DNA from: Patescibacteria group bacterium
GTDB taxonomy: Bacteria > Patescibacteriota > Patescibacteriia > GWA2-46-9
Reading direction: 5' to 3'
NCBI GenBank assembly: GCA_041660005.1
Contig: JBAZXG010000003.1
Location: 64,835 to 128,834 of the forward strand
DNA length: 64,000 bases
How positions within the stretch are numbered: position 1 is the stretch's first letter; each line of letters starts with the position of its first letter. The position numbers and the translations under genes were made by a program. Of this stretch, positions 1 through 10,506 are shown piece by piece. Under the pieces are notes generated by a model that saw only the letters and a program-made list of their open reading frames with translations, made no database searches and was not told where the DNA came from.

Positions 1-495
1 CACAAAAATATTGAGGAACTTCTGGATGCATGGGTTGCGGTAGGTGAGCACCATAAAGTTACGTTGGTGCTTGTAGGCCCTGAAGACAGTTTTGCGAAGC
101 GGCTGCAAGATCGGCTTCGGAAAATGGAGTCCTCAGTTAGTCGGCATGTAGTTTTTATGGGCGCAGTCGGCGACGAAGAACTACGCGAGCTTTACCGCAA
201 GGCTCTATTCGTTCTCTTTCCTAGTCTCTATGAGGGCTTTGGCCTCCCGGGCGTAGAGGCATCATTGTTGGGAAAAAGTATTGTTTCTTCGGCGCGATCT
301 GTTCTTCCGGAGTCGTACGGTCGGAGTGCTGTTTATGTACCTGCTGGGAATACAGTTTATTTGGCTCGTGCATTGAACGCATTACTAGCTGACGCGCGTA
401 GCACAACGGAGCGACCCCCCATAAGTACAACTTCCATTGAACAGTTTAGGGATCAGTTACTGGTCGTGTATGACCGGGCCCTTCAGAATAAATGA
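1..495 (+). CDS. Glycosyltransferase family 1 (GT-B fold), C-terminal part; 5' end outside window
   Basis: Frame 1 is open from base 1 into ORF 64..495. It carries the C-terminal GT1/GT4-type motif EGFGLPGVEA. Confidence 0.7.
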   Translation, partial: HKNIEELLDAWVAVGEHHKVTLVLVGPEDSFAKRLQDRLRKMESSVSRHVVFMGAVGDEELRELYRKALFVLFPSLYEGFGLPGVEASLLGKSIVSSARSVLPESYGRSAVYVPAGNTVYLARALNALLADARSTTERPPISTTSIEQFRDQLLVVYDRALQNK

Positions 496-3035
496 CCATG
501 CAAAAAAAATCAGAAAAAAAAAGAAGCCAGGCAACTAAACAGAAATCCGTGATGCCTTTAAAGCGGGAAATACCCATTCGAATTACCACTGGACCGCATC
601 GCGTATCAGAATTTTTAGTAACGACGAGGCCAGCATTATTTTCTGAACCAGTATACAGAAAAAACGTACCAACAAATGCGCGGTTTAATGTTCGTGGTAT
701 TTGGATTGCGGTTCAACCCTATGTCTTTCAAATTAGCACAACGACGCTTTTCGCTTTTTTAGGATGGGTTATTGTCAGAATAGCTGTTTTGGTTTTTTGG
801 CTGCCGGATACTGCTGGCGTGATGCCGCGTGTTATTGCGGTTAAAGAAAAACGACAAAGCATTTTTGCGGGCGTACTCGCGAGCGCCAGGACTTCATTTG
901 CAGCTGTTGCTACTTCTACGAGACCAGCTACGGATGTGACGCTCTCGCCAGTCAGCCCTTTGCCTAAGCAGAGGTTACCGAAGAAGAGTACGGAACCTGC
1001 TTGGTCGTTTCAATTTTTCTCAATATGGAGAGCATTGATTCCGCGCTCACTTAGTTTTGCGGCGTTTTCCTTTGCGTTGGCGTTACCGATTTGGTTTGTC
1101 GGTCAAATTTCTATAGTGAAAGCAGTAAGTACGGACGTCATTGGTTCAATGAAAGTTGGAGTACAGTCCTTTGTGGACGGAGCTTCTTCGTTTCAGCTTG
1201 GCCAGTACGACGCAGCCGGAAGTACGTTTGAAGCGTCTCTGGAAAATTTTAAGCAAGCCAAACAACAGCTGGACAAACTACCAGTGGGTCTGACCTTCGC
1301 CGCAGCAGCTCTACCTCAGGGAGAAACGCTTGCCTCTGTTCGACATGTTATTGATGCAGCGAATGATTTGGCGGCCGTTGCTTCTGAAGTAACAACCTCA
1401 CTCGCTCTTTTTGAAAGTGAACAAAATAAAGCAGTAGGTGATGATGTCGGGTCGGCTCTTACTGCGCTGAGAAGCTTGGCAGAAAAAGCCATACCGCAAC
1501 TTACCAACGCAACTCAGTCTCTGTCTCTTGTTGATGCTGAGTCCTTGCCGCAACCGTACGCAGAATTTTTTGGCAACCTTCAGGGTGTTATTTTGCCGCC
1601 ACTCAAAGAAGCGGTGCAGAGTTTGACTTTGATTCAATTTATTGAGCCGCGACTACTTGGCGTTGATCGTCCGCAGCGCTATTTGTTTGTTTTTCAAGAC
1701 GATTACGAACTACGTGCCAGTGGCGGGTTTATGGGTAGTTTTGCTCTTCTGGATGTTTCCAAAGGGAGTATTCAGAACATTGAGTTTCCTGGCGGTGGCA
1801 GCTATGACCTTGAAGGATCTCTCGCTGTGCAGGAAAAGCCGCCACACCCACTCAGCTTAGTTGCCAGTCGGTGGGAGTTTCAAGATGCAAATTGGTGGGT
1901 AGATTGGCCGACCTCAGCAAAAAAGATTGCTTGGTTTTATGACCATTCTGGCGGCAGCACGGTTGACGGCGTTATTGCAGTCGATACTCAGTTTATGAAG
2001 CGCGTTTTGTCTATTACTGGTCCTATTGATATGCCAAAGTATGGCATTATGGTCGATGAACATAATTTCATAGAGCAAATTCTGAATCAGGTTGAAGTGC
2101 ACTACGATCGCACAGAAAATAAGCCAAAGCAAATATTAGCAGATCTTTTACCAATCGTTACACAAAAACTTTCTGAAAGATTGCCACATGATGGCATCAG
2201 CGTGTTGACAGCACTACGACAATCGCTCGCAGAAAAGCACATACTTGTTTATAGTCGAGATGCAGCGACTGAGCGGGCGCTTGATGGTCTTGGCTGGGCT
2301 GGTGCTCTTGTTGAGAGAGCTCCCCAGTCTGATTCGTTAAGCGTCGTCAACACGAATATTGCCGGACAAAAAACAGACGGGGTCATAACGGATTCGGTTG
2401 TACATAACGTAACGGCCAACAGTGACGGATCATTAGAGGTCTCTCTGGCGATCACTCGTCAACATAATGGCGTGAAAGGTACGCCGTTTACGGGCGTGCG
2501 AAATGTTGATTATATGCGCATTTATGTTCCCGAGGGTAGTCAGTTAGTGAATGCCGTTGGGTTTGAAACAATTGATCCGTCGCTTTTTAAAAGTCCAGCG
2601 CCAAATACTGTTGACGACGCAGATATTCAAGCAACTACCGCGAGCGAACATTATGACATGACGACTGGCATTACTGATTACCGTGAGCTATCGAGAACCG
2701 TTTTTGCTGGTTGGCTTACCTTGGACCCAGGACAAAAGAAAACAGTGCAACTTACTTATCGTTTACCTTGGCGTTTTTCAGAAGTTAGCAATCGCGCGAG
2801 TGTTCCTTGGCTGACTTTTTTAACTTCTGAACCCTCTAATTTAGGGTATACTTTCTATTGGGAGAAACAGCCCGGTACAGTTGAAACCACACTTAGTCAT
2901 TATTTTGTGGCGCCTGGAGAGAACCTTGATCTCGTACGCTCGTCAATTCCGCCGGTGCGAAGTGACACGGGTTGGTTGTGGCAGCTCGTTCCACGAACGG
3001 ATACAGCATTTATAACTCTATTTAAAAAGCGTTAG
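492..3035 (+). CDS. DUF4012-like membrane protein (envelope locus)
   Basis: 847-aa ORF whose ATGA start overlaps the upstream stop. It has N-terminal hydrophobic segments. The core RYLFVFQDDYELRASGGFMGSFALLDV...PGGGSYDLEG matches my recollection of the DUF4012 signature. Confidence 0.65.
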   Translation: MTMQKKSEKKRSQATKQKSVMPLKREIPIRITTGPHRVSEFLVTTRPALFSEPVYRKNVPTNARFNVRGIWIAVQPYVFQISTTTLFAFLGWVIVRIAVLVFWLPDTAGVMPRVIAVKEKRQSIFAGVLASARTSFAAVATSTRPATDVTLSPVSPLPKQRLPKKSTEPAWSFQFFSIWRALIPRSLSFAAFSFALALPIWFVGQISIVKAVSTDVIGSMKVGVQSFVDGASSFQLGQYDAAGSTFEASLENFKQAKQQLDKLPVGLTFAAAALPQGETLASVRHVIDAANDLAAVASEVTTSLALFESEQNKAVGDDVGSALTALRSLAEKAIPQLTNATQSLSLVDAESLPQPYAEFFGNLQGVILPPLKEAVQSLTLIQFIEPRLLGVDRPQRYLFVFQDDYELRASGGFMGSFALLDVSKGSIQNIEFPGGGSYDLEGSLAVQEKPPHPLSLVASRWEFQDANWWVDWPTSAKKIAWFYDHSGGSTVDGVIAVDTQFMKRVLSITGPIDMPKYGIMVDEHNFIEQILNQVEVHYDRTENKPKQILADLLPIVTQKLSERLPHDGISVLTALRQSLAEKHILVYSRDAATERALDGLGWAGALVERAPQSDSLSVVNTNIAGQKTDGVITDSVVHNVTANSDGSLEVSLAITRQHNGVKGTPFTGVRNVDYMRIYVPEGSQLVNAVGFETIDPSLFKSPAPNTVDDADIQATTASEHYDMTTGITDYRELSRTVFAGWLTLDPGQKKTVQLTYRLPWRFSEVSNRASVPWLTFLTSEPSNLGYTFYWEKQPGTVETTLSHYFVAPGENLDLVRSSIPPVRSDTGWLWQLVPRTDTAFITLFKKR

Positions 3036-3037
3036 CA

Positions 3038-4855
3038 ATGGGTAAAAGAAACATTCAGAGAAATTATCAGGATTTGGAGAGAATCTATCGCTCAGAAGGT
3101 GGTGGCAAGATGGAAACGGTTTTTGAGCAGCGTACGTCACATTCCTGGAGACGCCTGACATTTTTTCTTTTTATCCTCTTGGTCGCCGCGAGCGCTGCTG
3201 CTTGGCTGGGATTTTATGCATTTAGGACTTTGCAGCAAAATAACGGGGGAGCAGTAACGTTGCAAATTATCGCTCCTACGGAAGCGTCGGTTGGTTCAGC
3301 TGTTACCTACCGTTTCCTGGTTAATAATAAAGCGTCTGATGTGGTTAATAATGTTAATCTCAGGGTCAATTATCCGAGCGGTTTCTTGTGGCACGCCTCA
3401 AGTATTACGCCCGACGGAGAAAGTAAGAATACGTGGTCACTCGCTGCCATCCAACCGGGTGAGTCCAAAGAGGTGGATGTTGACGGGACGTTACTAGGCG
3501 AGGCGGGGAGTCTCGGCACGGTCTTTGGCACATTGACCTATAAGCTAGCGAATTTTCAGTCCGAGCTGCAAACGAGCGATTCCGTTTCTACTGCTCTCAC
3601 CACTGGAAATCAAACGCTTAGCTGGGAGGGGGACGCGCAGGCGGTTCCCGGAACAGAAGTGACGTATGTTCTTCATTACGCAAACAAGAGTAACGAACCT
3701 TTGCCACCTGCGGTACTACGCATTAATAATGTTGATGGTTTTAGCGTAACAAGTACTGATCCAAAAGTTGACGCAACGAGCGACGGTGTTTCCTGGAATA
3801 TCGATGCGTTGCCCCCGGCTGCGGAAGGGAAAGTCAGTCTTATTGGAAAGTGGAATAATACAACCGTGGGTGAGCATGCGCTTACTGCAACACTTGAAGT
3901 AGCGGGAGATCAGGGGAAGACGAATGTTATCACCAGCGCAGAGTTGAAAGTAACGGCAGTTGGTGGGGAAGCCCTCCTCAGTTTGACGGTGAATGGTCAG
4001 CAGAACCAACCAGTCGCTTCTTTAGGTGATACACTTCACCTGAACTTACATTATCAAAATATATCTGATGTTTCACTCGGCAATGCTACGGTCAGTGTGT
4101 CGTTTGATTCGAGCGTCATCAATTGGCCCGAGGTCAATCTCAGCGATGGTTCTGTTGACGGTTCGTCCACTGTTTGGACGAGTAAAGACCTTCCGATATT
4201 GGCACGCATCGTTCCTGGAGGAGGCGGGGACATCAGTTGGGATATGCCTCTTAAAAATCAGGTAAGCGTAGGAACAAATTTATCACTAACGGTGACACCG
4301 ACCCTTCATTACGAAAAGCGAGACAATGACGTTAAGCCAAACGATATTGAAGGTGCACCCGTAATCATAGCCGTAAATACGGGGTTGAATCTTGATGCGA
4401 GTGCGCGTTACTTTTTGAGCGACGGCACACCGGTTGGGTCGGGGCCGCTGCCGCCCCGAGTCGGCAGTGAGACGAGTTATCAGATAACGTGGAAGTTAAG
4501 CAGTAGTGTGCATACGCTTACCTCGGTCATTGTTACGGGCAATTTACCGACGAATGTGAAGATAGGGAGCGGTAGTGCTAGTGTTGGAACGTGGCAGAAC
4601 AATAACGGACAGCCAGAGTGGCACATTACTTCACTGCCGCCAGGGTTAGAGCCCGAAGCTCATTTTACGGTTACACTTCGTCCCGTGTCAGCCGATGCAG
4701 GGAAAATTCTTATTCTGGCGGGGAAAAACGCATTGACCGCCAATGACGATGTTACAAAAGGTCAGGTTTCTATTGCGGGCAACACCGTGACTACCAATCT
4801 CGACGGAGATACGGTAGCTAGCGGCAAGGGAATTGTTGCCGCTGGTACGCCATAA
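3038..4855 (+). CDS. Membrane-anchored surface protein with DUF11/CARDB-like repeats
   Basis: 605-aa ORF with one N-terminal TM helix (LTFFLFILLVAASAAAWLGFYAF). It carries repeated beta-rich modules of the type G-x-VTY-x-n-N-x-n-V-x-V-x-x-P-x-GF. Confidence 0.5.
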   Translation: MGKRNIQRNYQDLERIYRSEGGGKMETVFEQRTSHSWRRLTFFLFILLVAASAAAWLGFYAFRTLQQNNGGAVTLQIIAPTEASVGSAVTYRFLVNNKASDVVNNVNLRVNYPSGFLWHASSITPDGESKNTWSLAAIQPGESKEVDVDGTLLGEAGSLGTVFGTLTYKLANFQSELQTSDSVSTALTTGNQTLSWEGDAQAVPGTEVTYVLHYANKSNEPLPPAVLRINNVDGFSVTSTDPKVDATSDGVSWNIDALPPAAEGKVSLIGKWNNTTVGEHALTATLEVAGDQGKTNVITSAELKVTAVGGEALLSLTVNGQQNQPVASLGDTLHLNLHYQNISDVSLGNATVSVSFDSSVINWPEVNLSDGSVDGSSTVWTSKDLPILARIVPGGGGDISWDMPLKNQVSVGTNLSLTVTPTLHYEKRDNDVKPNDIEGAPVIIAVNTGLNLDASARYFLSDGTPVGSGPLPPRVGSETSYQITWKLSSSVHTLTSVIVTGNLPTNVKIGSGSASVGTWQNNNGQPEWHITSLPPGLEPEAHFTVTLRPVSADAGKILILAGKNALTANDDVTKGQVSIAGNTVTTNLDGDTVASGKGIVAAGTP

Positions 4856-4859
4856 TACT

Positions 4860-5228
4860 ATGGTGGCATCTCGCAGCGTACCCGTTATTGCTCGCTCAGT
4901 AATCGTAGAGCTTGCTTACAGCCCTTTCTGGTGGTACACCATCGGTTTATCTTTGCAGTTCAAACGGTTAGCCAAAGCATTGCATTACGCAAACGAATCC
5001 TCTGGATTTTCCTTGTGGTTAAAGAACCTTTTTGTGCCCATGTTCGGGCAGAATGATTTTGCGGGCAGAACGATCAGTTTTTTTATGCGAGTCTTTCAGC
5101 TGTGCGTTCGCTTCGTCATATATGTTTGTTACGTGGCGTGGGCCGTTGCGTTATTTTTACTGTATATTATCGTTCCCCCTATTATTTTATGGAAGCTCGC
5201 GGAGTCAACACTGAACTTCATAGCGTAG
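4860..5228 (+). CDS. Small integral membrane protein, hypothetical
   Basis: ORF 4833..5228. The first ATG after the upstream stop (4855) is at 4860. The C-terminal half is hydrophobic, with two predicted helices. Confidence 0.4.
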   Translation: MVASRSVPVIARSVIVELAYSPFWWYTIGLSLQFKRLAKALHYANESSGFSLWLKNLFVPMFGQNDFAGRTISFFMRVFQLCVRFVIYVCYVAWAVALFLLYIIVPPIILWKLAESTLNFIA

Positions 5229-7930
5229 GAGGCATCCCAACGCAGCAGCTGATTGTTTGCGATCAGTGTTTAGGATCGGGCATTTATCGCGGAAAGAAAT
5301 GCCGTTCGTGTTTTGGTGCTGGCACAGGGATAACCCTTGGCGGTATTAAAGCGTACGTTCCTCGAGATTTGAGCACGCGGCTACTAGAGGATGACCGCGT
5401 CTATTTACTTGCCCAAAGCGCAGTGCGCTTTACTTTTTTTATTATTGCCGTTATTTTTTTGGTTTACACAGCAGTGCGCGTGGTGGTTGGGTTAGTTGAG
5501 CAGTCGTATGGTGAGGTATATTCCATCGTGAACGCCACGGCAGGAAGTTCATTATTTTGGTTTGGAGCATTGGCTGCTCTTTACGTTTATAGCAGCATGG
5601 AGAGAGACTTGGCTGGAGCCGCGAAGGTTCCTCATAAAACATATGAACAAAAAAATATTTTTTCGTTCTTTCATCGGCAACCTAGAGCAATTAATATTTA
5701 CTCAGTATTAAGTGCTGACGCCAAGTTGCAGCTACTTCGCGCTACCCGTTTAGCCAGACGAAGAAAGGAGCATTTTTATTCTGAGCATCTTTTTCTTGCG
5801 TTGACTGTTGTTGGCAGTGTCCGCGAAATGTTTTCGCGCCTCGGCGTTGATGTCATTTCTGTTCGGGAAACGGTTGGTAGGGTACTTCGTGAGCAGGCCC
5901 ATGCAAAAACGACAACGTACGATGAGCTGGTGAAGATTTTACTTTTTTCCTATCGCGAAGCGTATATAGACCGCGGAACTAATATAGATATACCTTGTCT
6001 TTTTCTGGTAACAGCAATTGAGAGTGAACTTGTTCGCGAAGTGCTTTACGATTATGGCATCGACGATCAGAAATTGCGAAACGTCGTCCTCTGGCAACAA
6101 AACGAAAGGCTTTTGCGAAGCAGGTATCGTTATGTACGTTCTCGTAGTCGTATGCGTCCTAAAGGAAAACTTGATCGCGCCATGACGGCCCTGGCAACGC
6201 CGATGCTTGATCACTTTTCTGAAGATCTTACCGCATTAGCGCAGCGGGGTTATTTTCTCCCTGCGGTACGGCGGCAAGATGAAATTGATGCTGCTCTCCG
6301 TATTTTTGAAGGCGGTGGCGCACCCATACTGGTTGGTGAGGCGGGTGTCGGTAAGCGCAGCATACTTGAGGATATTGCTGATCGGATGGTGACCGGAGAG
6401 GTACCTGCTGTTTTGCAGGATAAACGGCTTGTTAGTTTATTGCTACCGCGAGTTGTCAGCGGAGTTACGCCCGCAGAGGCCGCCGAGCGCGTGCAGCGTC
6501 TTTTGTATGAGGCTGCACGAGCGAGGAACATTGTCCTCGCTATTAATGATGTGCATGGAGTTCGTGGTATTACGAGCGGTGGTGAAGGCAGTGTAGACTT
6601 AGCCGAGGTTTTAGCCGCAAATTTACGAACCCGGCGCGTGCCGTACTTAGCTACCAGTAAGCCCGACGAGTACCGTAAGTATCTTGAAGGTACTTCGCTT
6701 GCGGGCGTTTTTGAAACGGTACTGGTGCAAGAACCAACGATCGACGATACGATAAAAATAGTTCAGTCCCGTTTGACGATCACTGAGTTTAAACAGCATG
6801 TTTATTTTTCGTATGATGCTATTCAAAGACTTGTGAATCTGGTCAGCAAGTTTATGCCCGAGCGCCGTTTACCTAAGAAGGCGATTGAACTTCTCGATGA
6901 ACTTGCCCTTTTTGTTCGTCAGAAGAAAGGAGAATACAGCGTTATTTTGGCGGGTGACGTAGAGATGTTTTTGAGTAGTAAATTGAACATGCCGATTAAG
7001 CGCGTTGACAATAAAGAATCGTCGCTGCTTCTTTCCTTTGAAGACAGAGTACATGAACGGCTTGTCGACCAAGAGGAAGCCGTGAGCGCCGTTGCCAACG
7101 CACTCAGGCGTGCACGAGCTGAAGTTCGTGACGTGAAGAGGCCGGTCGTCAATTTACTTTTTCTTGGACCAACGGGCGTCGGTAAAACGGAGCTTGCTAA
7201 AACGGTTGCCGCTCTATACTTTGGCGACGAAGGAAAAATGGTTCGTCTTGATATGTCAGAGTTTCAAGACGCGGGTAGTGTAACGAAACTCATAGGCGGA
7301 GAAAGAAGCGGGGAACCGGGTATATTAACGCAGGCAGTCCGCAATAATCCCTTTTCCTTAGTGCTGCTTGATGAAGTTGAAAAAGCGAGTCCGGGAGTGC
7401 TCAATATATTTCTCCAAGTGATGGATGACGGACGGTTAACATCTGGCGCCGGTGAAACGATAGATTTTACGAACGTCATTCTGATTGCAACATCTAACGC
7501 TGGTGCGGCATATATTCAAGATGCAGTTCGTAATAGTGTAGCGTTTTCTGTGATTGAAAAAAATTTACGCCAGCAAGAACTCGGTAAGTTTTTTCAGCCG
7601 GAATTCATTAACCGATTTGACGGTGTCATTATGTTTAAACCGTTAACGCTTGAACACGTTTTGCAGATTACTCGTTTGCTTCTGGTGAAAATTGCCAAGA
7701 GGCTTTCTTCACAAGGAATTTATTTCGAACCCAGCGAAGAGGCGGTTGTAGAGTTAGCGCAAAAGGGCTACGACCCTGAGTTCGGTGCTCGTCCGTTACG
7801 CCGTGTTTTGCAGGACACTGTTGATTCTGAGATTGCTCGCTATCTACTTGACGGAAGGGTTAAGCGCCGCGATACTATTGTTCTTGAAGCGGGCGGAGTA
7901 ATACGTGTCAAAAAGGCAAAAAGCTTATGA
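5189..7930 (+). CDS. Clp/Hsp100-family double-AAA+ ATPase with N-terminal DnaJ-type zinc finger and two TM helices
   Basis: ORF 5102..7930; the start is uncertain and the ATG at 5189 is used here. The N-terminus has CDQCLGSG and CRSCFGAG motifs, two hydrophobic helices and a Clp_N-like repeat. NBD1 reads GEAGVGKRS / INDVH. NBD2 reads GPTGVGKTELAK / LLDEVEKA, followed by GARPLRRV near the C-terminus. Confidence 0.8.
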   Translation: MEARGVNTELHSVGGIPTQQLIVCDQCLGSGIYRGKKCRSCFGAGTGITLGGIKAYVPRDLSTRLLEDDRVYLLAQSAVRFTFFIIAVIFLVYTAVRVVVGLVEQSYGEVYSIVNATAGSSLFWFGALAALYVYSSMERDLAGAAKVPHKTYEQKNIFSFFHRQPRAINIYSVLSADAKLQLLRATRLARRRKEHFYSEHLFLALTVVGSVREMFSRLGVDVISVRETVGRVLREQAHAKTTTYDELVKILLFSYREAYIDRGTNIDIPCLFLVTAIESELVREVLYDYGIDDQKLRNVVLWQQNERLLRSRYRYVRSRSRMRPKGKLDRAMTALATPMLDHFSEDLTALAQRGYFLPAVRRQDEIDAALRIFEGGGAPILVGEAGVGKRSILEDIADRMVTGEVPAVLQDKRLVSLLLPRVVSGVTPAEAAERVQRLLYEAARARNIVLAINDVHGVRGITSGGEGSVDLAEVLAANLRTRRVPYLATSKPDEYRKYLEGTSLAGVFETVLVQEPTIDDTIKIVQSRLTITEFKQHVYFSYDAIQRLVNLVSKFMPERRLPKKAIELLDELALFVRQKKGEYSVILAGDVEMFLSSKLNMPIKRVDNKESSLLLSFEDRVHERLVDQEEAVSAVANALRRARAEVRDVKRPVVNLLFLGPTGVGKTELAKTVAALYFGDEGKMVRLDMSEFQDAGSVTKLIGGERSGEPGILTQAVRNNPFSLVLLDEVEKASPGVLNIFLQVMDDGRLTSGAGETIDFTNVILIATSNAGAAYIQDAVRNSVAFSVIEKNLRQQELGKFFQPEFINRFDGVIMFKPLTLEHVLQITRLLLVKIAKRLSSQGIYFEPSEEAVVELAQKGYDPEFGARPLRRVLQDTVDSEIARYLLDGRVKRRDTIVLEAGGVIRVKKAKSL

Positions 7931-9018
7931 TTTATGCGGTTGTTTTCATTTTTGCGGCAGTATTAACAACGGCGGTAACGCCGTTTGTTATGCGTTTCGC
8001 GCGGCGGTTTCATGTCGTAGACGATCCAAGTGTTGAAGGTGACCGGCGGATTCACGTGACTCCAGTTCCTCTTCTCGGCGGAGTTGGTATTTGGCTCGTG
8101 CTGGTTATTTGTATTGGGTATTTATCTTTTTTTAGACCGGAACTTATTTTTTACTATATTAAGCCTGTTCAGCTCGTTGGGTTTTTGGTTGGTGCAAGCA
8201 TTCTCATGGTTGGCGGCTATCTTGACGATCGTTACAAGCTTAAAACGGTGTGGAAAATTTTATTTCCTTGTGCGGCCGCGCTCTTAGCGATTTTGAGCGG
8301 CATCGGTGTTAATTTTATTACTAATCCTTTTGGCGGCGTGTGGAGGATTGATAGCATTGTGTGGTCAGTTCTTCAATATGGAAATTTTAATTACGTTCTG
8401 AGTATCGGAACGGTTTTTTTTACGCTGGTGTGGTTGATGGCCGCAATGTTTACAACAAAAGTCCTCGATGGTTTGGACGGCTTAGTTACTGGCATTGCCG
8501 CTATTGGCGCTTTAATCATTGTGGCGCTTTGCTTAAGGCCGCCGGTACTGCAGAGTGACACTGCAATTTTTGCCACAATGATTGCCGGTGCGTTTGTGGG
8601 TTTTTTGCCGTTTAATTGGTCCCCGGCAAAAATTTTTTTGGGTGAAGGGGGTAGTTTATTGGCGGGCTACACTCTCGGCATTCTCGCCGTTGTGGCCGGA
8701 GGAAAAATTGCAACCGCGGGAATTATTTTAGCGATACCGCTATTCGATGCCGTCTGGGTCGTTTTGCGCCGTGTCTTTCTAGACCGTCGTTCTCCCGTTT
8801 CTCCTGATCGTTCGCACTTGCATTTTGCGCTAATTGATCTTGGTTTAAGTGTTCGTCAGGTTGTTTCGTTCTTTTATATGATAACTCTGGCGTCTGGCCT
8901 CTTAGCACTCTTTTTACCCTCTCTGCAGAAGCTTTACGCGGTGTTCATTCTCGGTATGTTATTTTTTGTCGGTGCCGTCTATCTTTTGTTTCGAGATTTG
9001 AAAACTTCACGAGGGTAA
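7927..9018 (+). CDS. MraY/WecA-family polyprenyl-phosphate HexNAc-1-phosphate transferase
   Basis: 363-aa polytopic membrane ORF. Motifs present are DDPSVEGDRRIH, LDDRYKL, LDGLDGL and FLGEGGS. Confidence 0.8.
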   Translation: MIYAVVFIFAAVLTTAVTPFVMRFARRFHVVDDPSVEGDRRIHVTPVPLLGGVGIWLVLVICIGYLSFFRPELIFYYIKPVQLVGFLVGASILMVGGYLDDRYKLKTVWKILFPCAAALLAILSGIGVNFITNPFGGVWRIDSIVWSVLQYGNFNYVLSIGTVFFTLVWLMAAMFTTKVLDGLDGLVTGIAAIGALIIVALCLRPPVLQSDTAIFATMIAGAFVGFLPFNWSPAKIFLGEGGSLLAGYTLGILAVVAGGKIATAGIILAIPLFDAVWVVLRRVFLDRRSPVSPDRSHLHFALIDLGLSVRQVVSFFYMITLASGLLALFLPSLQKLYAVFILGMLFFVGAVYLLFRDLKTSRG

Positions 9019-9021
9019 TGT

Positions 9022-10506
9022 ATGACTAATCGCCAGCAGTATCGACTATTAGAAATGATCCCAGGCACACTGGTCTGGTTGACCTTTGCTTTGGCTATTA
9101 TTCTTTCTTTAACAAAACCACTGTGGGCTATTAGTTTAGTTATCGTGTACGATTTATATTGGCTGTTCCGTGTTAGCTATTTTGTATTTTATTTGATCCA
9201 CGCTTGGCGCCGTTACCGGCGGGAGATTAAACGAGACTGGACTCAAGAGTTACAGGAACGCTTTCCAGCAGTCAAGGAGTACTTTCATGTTATTTTTTTG
9301 CCGACCTATAAAGAACCATTTTCGGTTGTTGAGGGCACAATTGAGCGCTTAACAAAGGTCAGCTACGACCCGAAAAAATTTATTATTGTCTTAGCTGGCG
9401 AGTCAAGGGATGAAGCAAACTTTTTGCGTTATGCTAGTGACGTCATTACTCGCTATGGAGATTCATTCAAGAAAATTATTGTTACAGTGCATCCGTCGGA
9501 CTTGCCCGATGAAGTCCCTGGAAAAGGTTCAAACTTGCACTGGGCAGGTCAAAAGACCAAAGAGTACATTGACGAAGTGGGAATAGCGTATGATCGCCTC
9601 ATTGTGTCGGCCTTCGATATTGACACTATCGTGCATCCGCAGTATTTCTCCTGTCTTTCCTACACCTACCTCAGCTATCCCGATCCGCAGCATGCCAGTT
9701 TTCAACCGGCGGTTCTTTATAACAATAATCTTTGGGAGTCACCGGCGCTTGTTCGTATTGCCGCATTGGGTACAACATTTTGGCTCATGACTGAACTTGC
9801 GCGTCCGGAACGTCTCTTTACATTTTCATCACATAGCATGAGCTGGCAGGCGCTCGTAGACGTTGGTTTTTGGGACAAAAGAATTGTTACAGAAGATTCT
9901 AGAATTTTTTTGCAATGTTTCTTGCGCTATGAGGGTAACTATACCGTTGTTCCCATTTACGTGCCGGTTTCCATGGACATGGTTTCAGCAGGGAGTTATA
10001 GCGCGAGCTTGCTTGAGCTTTACCGTCAGCAGCGGCGGTGGGCCTGGGGCGTAGAGCATTTGCCATTCATGCTGTGGAATTTTCGTAAACATCCGCAAAT
10101 TCCTTGGCGCAAAAAATTGCATTATCTTTGGAATCTTGGAGAGGGGATGTATACCTGGGCAACAGCGCCAATACTGATAACTGCCCTCGGACAGTTGCCG
10201 CTCTTCTTGTCGCGCGGCGTAGTCAATGAGACGGTTTTTGCGCAAAACGCCCCAGCGGTGCTGGCGCTCTTAATGCAGCTTGCTATGGTTGGTATTTTTG
10301 TCAGCGGCATATTGGGCATGTTCCTTTTGCCGCCACCGCCGTCCGACGCAAAAGTTCATCACTATATCTTAATGCTCTTACAGTGGGCGCTGCTACCATT
10401 CACTTTGGTATTGTTTGGTTCTATTCCGGCAGTGGACGCTCAAACAAGATTAATGATTGGACGTCCGCTTGGTTTCAATGTAACTAAAAAAGTAAGATCT
10501 TCATGA
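9022..10506 (+). CDS. Membrane-embedded processive GT2-type glycosyltransferase (cellulose/chitin-synthase-like)
   Basis: 494-aa ORF with TM helices at both ends. It carries D-containing motifs (FDIDT, VTEDSRIF) and QQRRWAWG, a Q-x-x-R-W motif. Confidence 0.6.
   Translation: MTNRQQYRLLEMIPGTLVWLTFALAIILSLTKPLWAISLVIVYDLYWLFRVSYFVFYLIHAWRRYRREIKRDWTQELQERFPAVKEYFHVIFLPTYKEPFSVVEGTIERLTKVSYDPKKFIIVLAGESRDEANFLRYASDVITRYGDSFKKIIVTVHPSDLPDEVPGKGSNLHWAGQKTKEYIDEVGIAYDRLIVSAFDIDTIVHPQYFSCLSYTYLSYPDPQHASFQPAVLYNNNLWESPALVRIAALGTTFWLMTELARPERLFTFSSHSMSWQALVDVGFWDKRIVTEDSRIFLQCFLRYEGNYTVVPIYVPVSMDMVSAGSYSASLLELYRQQRRWAWGVEHLPFMLWNFRKHPQIPWRKKLHYLWNLGEGMYTWATAPILITALGQLPLFLSRGVVNETVFAQNAPAVLALLMQLAMVGIFVSGILGMFLLPPPPSDAKVHHYILMLLQWALLPFTLVLFGSIPAVDAQTRLMIGRPLGFNVTKKVRSS

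Noticed and set aside
5102-5188. The ORF-track start at 5102 for the Clp-like gene.
   Set aside because: It would overlap the upstream membrane-protein gene by 127 nt and add a Cys/Arg-rich leader of off-frame character. The ATG at 5189 was preferred, though the true start remains uncertain.
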